Shown: positions 1 to 7,089 of the stretch, piece by piece | Layout: each line of letters starts with the position of its first letter | Numbering within the stretch: position 1 is the first letter of the stretch | Assembly (NCBI GenBank): GCA_027001645.1 | Contig: JALTMP010000118.1 | Span: forward strand, 1-20,000 | Direction: 5' to 3' | Source of the DNA: Candidatus Heimdallarchaeota archaeon | GTDB taxonomy: Archaea > Asgardarchaeota > Heimdallarchaeia > Heimdallarchaeales > JAJRWK01 | Length of the DNA stretch: 20,000 bases | The notes under the pieces: model-generated | The model's database searches: none | What the model was told of the DNA's origin: nothing | What the model saw: the letters and a program-made list of their open reading frames with translations, nothing else | Program-made: the position numbers and the translations under genes

Positions 1-859
1 TCGTTAGACTAAATACGATGATACCAAGTAGTGCTAGACCACCTATTGAAAACCAAGCATCAAAGCTTAGTGCGTTCCTCTCTGCAACCTTGCCAGGATC
101 ATCTAGGTTTTGTAACTCTGCTTTTTGCGTAAAGGTCAAAGTTGCATTGATGATTTCAGAGGACCCTCCTTGGTCGAATAGCATTGTTCCATTCAATGCA
201 CCAGTGGCTTGGTTATCTGACAACAGTCCTGTTTCTACTTCATAATCCATTACAAGGTTGAAGTCAATCGAAGAGGCATTAAAGTCTTGAATCGAAAAGC
301 CTTCTGAGAAGGGCAAAATGTCAGCGGTATCTAGGCCCGTGGCATTGGGAAGATAAAGCCCTAGCCTAAGCGTTAGGAGTGAGGTAGACAAGGTATGATT
401 TGCGGTAATTATGGTTTCGTTTCCAAATAGAAAAGCAAGCTGTCCAATGTATTCCCAAGATTCACCAAAAGCGGGAAGAAAATCATCAATTTCTTGGTAA
501 GCCAGCGGCAGGAGATAAGGAACGCCCCCGTTAGGAATGAATACAGTAGCGTTTTCAGTATCAAAACGCTGAATAGTTACGAGCTGTTCCGTTGTATTGT
601 CATCAATCGTCTGCAAATACCGATATCCGTCGTCAGCTAGTTCAATGAATTCGATTTCAATTGACGTACGATTCTCAAAGGAGATTGGGAACGGAATGGA
701 TGGGCTGGTAATTGAGACTTTGCTGACGGAAAGATAGGTCACCTTGCCACCTTCCCCAATTCCCCAAATAGTGGATTGAATTTGAGCTTGAACGGAAATA
801 CTTGACACCAGAAACAGAATCGCCAATAATGGCAACGTCTTTCGTAAGAGACCAATCAT
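1..859 (-). CDS. Secreted/membrane-anchored protein of unknown function; partial, runs off the left edge
   Basis: Reverse-strand reading from ATG at 859 stays open to base 1: MIGLLRKTLPLLAILFLVSSISVQAQIQSTIWGIGEGGKVTYLSVSK...NALSFDAWFSIGGLALLGIIVFSLT. It has a signal peptide and a C-terminal TM. It is absent from the supplied ORF track because its stop lies outside the window. Confidence 0.8.
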   Translation of the reverse strand, partial: MIGLLRKTLPLLAILFLVSSISVQAQIQSTIWGIGEGGKVTYLSVSKVSITSPSIPFPISFENRTSIEIEFIELADDGYRYLQTIDDNTTEQLVTIQRFDTENATVFIPNGGVPYLLPLAYQEIDDFLPAFGESWEYIGQLAFLFGNETIITANHTLSTSLLTLRLGLYLPNATGLDTADILPFSEGFSIQDFNASSIDFNLVMDYEVETGLLSDNQATGALNGTMLFDQGGSSEIINATLTFTQKAELQNLDDPGKVAERNALSFDAWFSIGGLALLGIIVFSLT

Positions 860-995
860 ACATTTAGAATCTAGAATTTGTTAAGAAATAAGGCTTTACA
901 TTGAAGCTGAAATATAAACTAATGGTGAGAAAAAGAGAGACGCCGGCCAGATTTTGATTTCAAAATTTATTACCTTGCATTTGGATCATACATTA

Positions 996-1697
996 ATGGC
1001 GCGATTGATCCCGCTAATTATGATCATAATGATAATATCAGTGGTAGGAATAGGAATCGTTCCTGTTCAAAGGATCGATGCTCAAGGGGAAAGAGCGGAG
1101 GTCTTCATAAACCGTGATCTCGAAATAATATCGAAACCGTCAGAAGGCAATTCTCTGTTCACGTTCAGTGCGAGTATTACAATCATCAATTACAAGTCAG
1201 AAAACATAGAATTGAAATTCCCCTCCTCTTGCACGTTTAAGATCGGAGTTAATGTATCCTTTGTTGATTCTAGGTTGAGAGCCGAGAGAAAACACGAAGA
1301 TGTGTGCGCACCAGTCGAAACAAAGGTCATTATTAAACCAGGCCAAAACAATTTTAGCGTTGTTGGATCCATCTTGATCTTAGATTGGGCAGATAGAATA
1401 CTTCCAGATGGAAAATATGTACTCTTTGTAACACAGGATTCTTACACAACACCTACAGAATCAGACTATTCTATTCTTGACCCGGAAATCTTTGATAATT
1501 ATGGAGTCATTTTGCTCGTAAATAACGGTAAGTATAGTTTTGAGTTTGATGTTAGCCTGGGGTGTCCTTGCGCATATAACCCCAATAATAATACTGCGGA
1601 TCAAAGCATTACGTTCTCTTCTCTTTTGCTAGGATTCCTCGGACTCGCTGTCATTATGCGTGTCAAACCTTCCGATTCATTTAGAGGAAAAAGGTAG
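996..1697 (+). CDS. Membrane-anchored extracytoplasmic protein of unknown function
   Basis: The track ORF 954..1697 begins at TTG. The ATG at 996 starts directly with the hydrophobic signal MARLIPLIMIIMIISVVGIG. The C-terminal TM is SSLLLGFLGLAVIM. Confidence 0.7.
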   Translation: MARLIPLIMIIMIISVVGIGIVPVQRIDAQGERAEVFINRDLEIISKPSEGNSLFTFSASITIINYKSENIELKFPSSCTFKIGVNVSFVDSRLRAERKHEDVCAPVETKVIIKPGQNNFSVVGSILILDWADRILPDGKYVLFVTQDSYTTPTESDYSILDPEIFDNYGVILLVNNGKYSFEFDVSLGCPCAYNPNNNTADQSITFSSLLLGFLGLAVIMRVKPSDSFRGKR

Positions 1698-1840
1698 CAT
1701 TGAAGGTGTAGCACAAGCAAAAACAGAAAGAGATTTGCACAACCAGTTAAAACAGATTGAAGATACCGGAAAGATTGATTTCTTTTCTGGTTAAATGGTA
1801 ACGGGACCCCTAAAGCATTTAACATGTTATCTAACTGAAA

Positions 1841-1850
1841 GCATAAATAA
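1841..1850 (+). promoter_or_regulatory. Candidate archaeal Box A (TATA) element for the downstream structured RNA
   Basis: GCATAAATAA lies about 25-30 nt upstream of the predicted RNA start around 1870-1879, in an otherwise non-coding gap. Confidence 0.5.
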
Positions 1851-1878
1851 GGAGCTAAAAAGCATAAGATTGCTGAAT

Positions 1879-2020
1879 ACCGCCGTGACCGTAAGTCAAG
1901 CCGGCTGGCGTGACAGCCAGTAGTGAGCTGTGCTCGCGAAAGCTGTCAAGCTCTGGTTCGCCAGGGCCATAGCGGCCGGGTGATACCCGCTCCCATCCCG
2001 AACGCGGAAATCACGGCGGT
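1879..2020 (+). rRNA. Circularly permuted 5S rRNA (candidate)
   Basis: The canonical archaeal 5S 5' half (GGGCCATAGCGGCCGGG...CCCGCTCCCATCCCGAACGCGGAA, about 1964-2009) lies downstream of the canonical 3' half (AAGTCAAGCCGGC...CAGTAGTG...CGCGAAAGC...CTGG, about 1893-1956). Helix I is 1950-1956/1961-1967 with a TTCG loop. Helix II is 1975-1979/1901-1905. Helix III is 1987-1990/2004-2007. Helix V is 1912-1917/1942-1947. Helix IV is 1923-1928/1932-1937. A new terminal stem pairs 1879-1888 with 2011-2020. Confidence 0.85.
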
Positions 2021-2027
2021 TTTTTTT
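2020..2027 (+). terminator. Poly-T terminator for the permuted 5S-like RNA
   Basis: Eight consecutive T residues directly follow the GC-rich terminal stem. Confidence 0.65.
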
Positions 2028-2083
2028 ATGCGCTGAGTTATCCTCCTGAAAATATGACTCGATTAAGTCATTGTTCTACGCAT

Positions 2084-2905
2084 TTACCTTGGAGAGATAA
2101 ATGTTCCGTGTTCATCTGCGCCAATTAGGACGTTGTAAAGCGCACCATCTCTGTTTCCGTTTATTATTGCGACTTCACAGTGTGCATCAAGAATGGGAAG
2201 GATTGATTCTAGTTTTCCTTTCATACCCCTTGTTACGTCTTTGTAAGTGCTTCCACCAACAGAATCAGACTTTATCAACCGCATCACATCGGGAAGTTTC
2301 AGGTTTCTTAAGAGTTCTGCATCTGAATGCAGTTTCGGATCCTTATCGTATATTCCCTCAACATCACTAACAAAAATGACTTTCTCAAGACCAAGAAATT
2401 TTGCCAACAATTGAATAATGGTATCCCCACTAAGGATGCTTGAACCTTGTGCATAGTCTAGTACTGCATCTCCGTGTAAAACGGGCGTGTATCCTAGTCT
2501 CAGTGCATGAAGTAGAGCATGATCATCGAATTGAAACACTTCTCCATTCATAGTAATGAAGATAGCACTTGGCTGGATAGGAAAAGGCCGAAGACCAACA
2601 TCGAAGAGGGCTCTGGAGACCAATAACCTTAGTTCATCCATTTGTGTACGCAAAAAAGAAAACATTCGGAATTGATGAGGCTCTCGCGTTCCATAAGAGA
2701 GCTCGTACTTGGCAGCCACACCATGTCCAAAGGAACCTGCGCCGTGGACTACAATCACAGGTTTCTGAGAAGAAGCGATTTCATCCGCCAATCTCCTAAT
2801 TGTCTCTTCCCTAGCTACAAACTCCTTATCCTTCTCAGTAATCACTGAGCCTCCAAGCTTAACAAGGATAGGGAGCTCAATTGTTTCATTTGTTGTGTTT
2901 AGCAT
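2084..2905 (-). CDS. ipk: Isopentenyl phosphate kinase (amino acid kinase superfamily)
   Basis: Motifs ILVKLGGSVITEKDKEFVAREETI, VVHGAGSFGHGVAAKY, GSSILSGDTI, VSDVEGIYDKDPK and DVTRGMKGKL. It overlaps the mevalonate kinase gene by 7 nt. Confidence 0.9.
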   Translation of the reverse strand: MLNTTNETIELPILVKLGGSVITEKDKEFVAREETIRRLADEIASSQKPVIVVHGAGSFGHGVAAKYELSYGTREPHQFRMFSFLRTQMDELRLLVSRALFDVGLRPFPIQPSAIFITMNGEVFQFDDHALLHALRLGYTPVLHGDAVLDYAQGSSILSGDTIIQLLAKFLGLEKVIFVSDVEGIYDKDPKLHSDAELLRNLKLPDVMRLIKSDSVGGSTYKDVTRGMKGKLESILPILDAHCEVAIINGNRDGALYNVLIGADEHGTFISPR

Positions 2906-3921
2906 GTTTCAACACCTTGATTAGTGAGAACTGATGTGAATGCGTCAGCACCTGCTTTTATCAGCTCTTGTTTAATTTCACTTGCGTGATGAACGTTTTC
3001 AGCGAGAGCAATCATACAGCCACCGCCCCCCGCCCCAGTTAGCTTTGCTCCTAATGCCCCAGATTCACGAGCCACCCAAACATAACGATCCAGTAGAGGA
3101 TGACTCACTCCAAGGGCATGGAGTATCCCGTGATTAATGTTCATCAATTCTCCCAGATCTTCGAGATCATTTTTGAGTAACGCATGAAGACCTTGCTCGA
3201 CGATGTCAGAGATAGAGTCGAAGAGGTTCTGAACAGCTTTTTGCTTTCTCTTAAACAAAGACGCAACATTGGAAACCAACGTAGCTGTTGAACGAGGAAT
3301 TCTAGTATTGGCAATAACCAAAGGGATTTCAGTCGAAAGTTCCTTTCTTTCTGGTTTCTGCCCCTTGATAAAATAGACAAGCCCACCTAATGCGATTACG
3401 GTATTATCAATGCCACTTGGCTTTCCATGAGTGAGTTCTTCGCTTCTAAACGCTATTTCCCTTACTTGTAAAGAATCCACTTCTCCATTGAAAGCGGCCA
3501 AGAACGCCCCAACACTACTTGTCGCTACGGACGCACTACTCCCTAGCCCAGCACCAATGGGGATTTCAGAGTCAATAATCAGAGTCGCGTCAAACCCATT
3601 CATTTCTATCAAATTGAGGACATGATAGAAACCTAATGCTATGGGGTCAAGTGGTGTAGCGTTGCCATTGGATCCAGAGGCTTGTCCCAAGGTACGTAGG
3701 CGATCCGACGAAAAGCTTACTTCAAGTCCCATTGCGGGGGATTTCACGATAAGGTGGGAAACATCACTCTTTTTGATTTTAACTTGTGCACGAGATCTGA
3801 GGTTTAGAGCAACTGCAATGGCAGGGGTTCCATGAACAACAGAGTGCTCTCCAAAAAGAATGACTTTGGCTGGGGCAGTAGCACACCCGGTCATGTTTGA
3901 TCCATTATCCGTCATTGTCAT
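2899..3921 (-). CDS. mvk: Mevalonate kinase (GHMP kinase family)
   Basis: GHMP motifs APAKVILFGEHSVVHGTPAIA, IPIGAGLGSSASVATSS, GKPSGIDNTV and GAKLTGAGGGGCMIAL. Confidence 0.93.
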   Translation of the reverse strand: MTMTDNGSNMTGCATAPAKVILFGEHSVVHGTPAIAVALNLRSRAQVKIKKSDVSHLIVKSPAMGLEVSFSSDRLRTLGQASGSNGNATPLDPIALGFYHVLNLIEMNGFDATLIIDSEIPIGAGLGSSASVATSSVGAFLAAFNGEVDSLQVREIAFRSEELTHGKPSGIDNTVIALGGLVYFIKGQKPERKELSTEIPLVIANTRIPRSTATLVSNVASLFKRKQKAVQNLFDSISDIVEQGLHALLKNDLEDLGELMNINHGILHALGVSHPLLDRYVWVARESGALGAKLTGAGGGGCMIALAENVHHASEIKQELIKAGADAFTSVLTNQGVETC

Positions 3922-4087
3922 GAGGTGATGACGTATACATCTTTATGCGTTTATCGACTAAAGGGGGCAGGTAGATTGAATGATGATTTTTGCAAAGAAT
4001 TTCTTAAACACTTAGATTAAGCATAAATCAATGAAAAAGTTGGAAAAAAGGGGTACGCTTAGTCCAACGAGAGGACCAAAGAGCGAC

Positions 4088-4276
4088 TTAACGGATTTTC
4101 CGCTCGTATTTCTTAGTCCACTTAAGTTTTCGGGGATTACGCCCCATTTCAAGCATTGAAACTTTGCATTTTCGACTGCAGAATTTCAGAATGGAACCGT
4201 CTCTCCTAACGTATAAGAAACCTTTCCCAATCGGAATAGTGGAACCACAGAAGTTGCATATTTCTTCCTTGTGCAT
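4088..4276 (-). CDS. rpl24e: 50S ribosomal protein L24e
   Basis: MHKEEICNFCGSTIPIGKGFLYVRRDGSILKFCSRKCKVSMLEMGRNPRKLKWT, a typical L24e C2C2 zinc-binding protein. It is adjacent to S28e and L7Ae. Confidence 0.95.
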   Translation of the reverse strand: MHKEEICNFCGSTIPIGKGFLYVRRDGSILKFCSRKCKVSMLEMGRNPRKLKWTKKYERKIR

Positions 4277-4303
4277 CTTGATTGCCTCCTTGTCTTATCT
4301 CCG

Positions 4304-4534
4304 CTACCTCTTTCGTAAGTTCCTGGCTTCTCGCTCAGTCTCTCGTAGCATAAGGATGTCTCCAATTCGCACTGGCCCCCTCACATTTCGCGTGATAACG
4401 CGTCCCTTATCAGGACCTTCCAAGACTCGAACGCGGACTTGCATTACGTCTCCAACGATACTGGCGCGTCCAACGAGCTGAATTACTTCAGCAGGAGTGG
4501 GGGCATTTTCATCCATTTCACTCATATTTGCCAC
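4304..4534 (-). CDS. rps28e: 30S ribosomal protein S28e
   Basis: [66 protein letters not shown]. Confidence 0.96.
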   Translation of the reverse strand: MANMSEMDENAPTPAEVIQLVGRASIVGDVMQVRVRVLEGPDKGRVITRNVRGPVRIGDILMLRETEREARNLRKR

Positions 4535-4558
4535 CTTGTTCTTGTGTCAGCACTTTGT

Positions 4559-4918
4559 TCAGAAGAATTCTTTAATTCTCTGAGCAAGCGATTGCACTTC
4601 GGATTTTGCACCACCAGCATCAACGATTGCTGCGGCAGCGGCTTCAACTTCTAGTCCAGCGGCTTCTCCTACTTGTTTGCGAGTAGGAGCAAAAACATAT
4701 GCAATGCCTTTTTCTTGGCAAAGCATGGGGAGGTGAGCGACAATCTCTGGGGGATCAACATCGCCACCAATTACCACTAATTGAGCGGTTCCTCTCTCAA
4801 CTGCTTTGGTAACCTCATTGGTTCCCTTTTTGATTTTCCCGGTATCTCTTGCTCGTTCTAGCAGTCCAAGTGCTTCGTTTACAATTTCTTCAGGCAATTC
4901 GAGTTTCTTTAACGCCAT
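4559..4918 (-). CDS. rpl7ae: 50S ribosomal protein L7Ae (kink-turn binding)
   Basis: RARDTGKIKKGTNEVTKAVERGTAQLVVIGGDVDPPEIVAHLPMLCQEKGIAYVFAPTRKQVGEAAGL. Confidence 0.97.
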   Translation of the reverse strand: MALKKLELPEEIVNEALGLLERARDTGKIKKGTNEVTKAVERGTAQLVVIGGDVDPPEIVAHLPMLCQEKGIAYVFAPTRKQVGEAAGLEVEAAAAAIVDAGGAKSEVQSLAQRIKEFF

Positions 4919-5061
4919 TTTATGTACACCTTCCTCGGCTTGTTATAGCCTCTGATCAGCAATTTGAAAGCCTATTTGGATCATTAAAAAAGTTCCCATG
5001 TGTGTTATTCAAGCACGGGACAGAAAAGGAGGAGATGAGAAAAGAATTACCTCGTAAACGA

Positions 5062-6993
5062 TTAGGCTTTTCTATATCTTCGAGCAAGGATCGGGATCAT
5101 AGCAAGGGGAATGATGAAGTAAACAGAGGAGAAGGAAACAAAAGAGGTTCCCTCATCTGTTGTTGTGTTTTCCCCGGGTTCACCGGCGGGTTTGAGGGGC
5201 GCAGCTGAAACAAGGTTGGATTCAGGGCTTTTACCTAGAAAATTGACTGCGACGATTTTATAATAATAGGTAATTTCCGGGTATACGCTTGAATCAACGA
5301 AACTGCTCCCTGTCGTTGTGGCATACAGTTTAAATGGTCCCGTCTCTCGGCCACCCCTTAGAATGTATACCTTTTCGATCGGCAAGCCACCAGTATCTGG
5401 AATAGTCCAATTCAGGACAAGTTTACCCTCATCAGGAGTAATCGAGAGGATTGGAGCGCCGGGCTTCGTGAGAATTCCTCTTGAAGTATTTACCATCAGT
5501 GGATTAGATTTAACACCTTCGTTTCCACTTGTGTCTACTGCGGTTATTTCGTACCGGTAGATGAGATCTGGCGTTAAGCCTGTATCATTGAAAACAGTTT
5601 GAGTTTGATTGGCAACAACGGTGTCATTTCGATAAACAAGGTAATACGCAAGGTCATTTTCAGTGTTCTCATTCCATGTTAGCTGAAATGCAGTGGAATT
5701 AAGTACAGTTCCATTCAATCCATGGGGGGAAACAGGCGGGCGGAGATCATATGATCTCCAATCCATATTGAACCATGCATTTACAGGCAGATGGTCTGAA
5801 CCAACCTTTCCACTAGGTGTTTCTCCTGTAGTAGAATTAATCAACGCATCAAAGAAGTATTGATTCACAAAGATGTAGTCGATTCTGCTTTGATAGAATG
5901 GATCAATATAGGTATATCCTGGATTGTAAGGGTTCAATTCACGATACACATCGATAAACTGGTGTTTTTGGGAAGCTCGAGGATCGGAGCTGTTTAGCAA
6001 AATGGAGATTGGTTCATCGCCAAGTGCCAAATCATTTGGTGCCAGATCAGGGTTGTTTGTGTCTACGGGGGAGAACGAATTAAAATCTCCAGCATAAATG
6101 ATAGGAACATCGCCAAGTTCGTCAAAATAGTTGAGAATTCCAATTGTGTCAGCCAAACGTTGTCTTTGAGGAGCTCCTGAAGAATCACTGCAACAACGAT
6201 AGTGAGTGACAACAACGTGGACGTACATACTGCCTATTTCAACTACAGCATCTAGGAAATCATGCGCAGGCTTTATCTTGGTACCGTCATCAAGGGTTAG
6301 GGTCGAGATTTGATTGAACTCAACGATTGGGAATCTGCTGAAAATGGCTTGACCATCAGTGACAGATACTGGTTTCGTAACTCTGACATCGTATGGTGTT
6401 TCATCGGAGAAATACGTGTTGAATTCGTTAAGGATCTCCACTAGCTCAGGATCATTCTCGCTGGTCCAGCCACCAGTTTCAACAGCCACAAAAATATCCG
6501 GATTCTCCTCTTTGACAGCTTCCTTCCAAAGTGGGTTTCGCCCCGTTTCCCAGATATTGTAGTTGAGAAGTTTCCATACACCGCTTTCATAGTTGGAGTC
6601 GACAGTTACCGTAATGGATGCACTGCCTACATTTCCAAAAGCATCTGTCGCCTGCGCTTCTATCGTGTGTTGGCCACTTGTAACGTTGTAAGTATCCCAC
6701 TGATAGATGGTAACATTTTCAGCAACCACGACGTTATCTATGAGGATCTGATACTCAGTAATGGCGGAATCATCAGTTGCATTGAAGTAAATCGTGACAA
6801 TGTCGCCAACAGTTTCATCTGCTGAAGGATTCAGAAAAGTGATGGTGGGCGCGGTAGTATCAGATTGCTGCAAGATCGGTGTTGATTGCTTGCTAAAATC
6901 AATGAAGCCAACCACACTGGCTCCCGATATTGCCAAAGATAAGATGGTAAGAAAAACCAAGAACAGTCTTGTGTTGTGTTTCATATGGATCAC
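5062..6993 (-). CDS. Secreted, membrane-anchored endonuclease/exonuclease/phosphatase-fold protein with Ig-like and fibronectin type III domains
   Basis: Signal peptide NTRLFLVFLTILSLAISGASVVG; Ig-like repeat SADETVGDIVTIYFNATDDSAI...; EEP catalytic motifs YNIWETG, VAVETGG, YAGDFNSFSP, IDYIFVN and GSDHLPVNAWF; two FN3-like repeats (PPVSPHGLNGTVLNSTAFQLTW..., PGAPILSITPDEGKLVLNW...); C-terminal TM plus basic tail (YFIIPLAMIPILARRYRKA). Confidence 0.85.
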   Translation of the reverse strand: MIHMKHNTRLFLVFLTILSLAISGASVVGFIDFSKQSTPILQQSDTTAPTITFLNPSADETVGDIVTIYFNATDDSAITEYQILIDNVVVAENVTIYQWDTYNVTSGQHTIEAQATDAFGNVGSASITVTVDSNYESGVWKLLNYNIWETGRNPLWKEAVKEENPDIFVAVETGGWTSENDPELVEILNEFNTYFSDETPYDVRVTKPVSVTDGQAIFSRFPIVEFNQISTLTLDDGTKIKPAHDFLDAVVEIGSMYVHVVVTHYRCCSDSSGAPQRQRLADTIGILNYFDELGDVPIIYAGDFNSFSPVDTNNPDLAPNDLALGDEPISILLNSSDPRASQKHQFIDVYRELNPYNPGYTYIDPFYQSRIDYIFVNQYFFDALINSTTGETPSGKVGSDHLPVNAWFNMDWRSYDLRPPVSPHGLNGTVLNSTAFQLTWNENTENDLAYYLVYRNDTVVANQTQTVFNDTGLTPDLIYRYEITAVDTSGNEGVKSNPLMVNTSRGILTKPGAPILSITPDEGKLVLNWTIPDTGGLPIEKVYILRGGRETGPFKLYATTTGSSFVDSSVYPEITYYYKIVAVNFLGKSPESNLVSAAPLKPAGEPGENTTTDEGTSFVSFSSVYFIIPLAMIPILARRYRKA

Positions 6994-7089
6994 TTAGATT
7001 TTCTACAAATCATTTTCAAGATGCATGATGTTCGAAGTGATTTATGTATTTGGAACTAGATGCATTTTTTGATCGGAGCAGAGACCTTG

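Noticed and set aside
1893-2009. Two unrelated 5S fragments from a duplication or pseudogene
   Set aside because: The two halves are complementary and complete, pair with each other in all helices, and are bracketed by a promoter-like element, a perfect stem and a T-tract. A random fragment array would not be expected to close helix I with a UUCG tetraloop.
1879-2020. SRP RNA or RNase P RNA instead of a 5S-like RNA
   Set aside because: The GUCAGG/GGAAG tetraloop core of SRP RNA and the GAGGAAAGUCC box of RNase P RNA are absent, whereas CCAUAGCGG, CCCAUCCCGAAC and the loop E-like segment are 5S hallmarks.
4849-5208. + strand ORF of 119 aa
   Set aside because: Antisense to the L7Ae start and the 3' end of the EEP-fold gene. 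Low-complexity composition, no recognisable domain.
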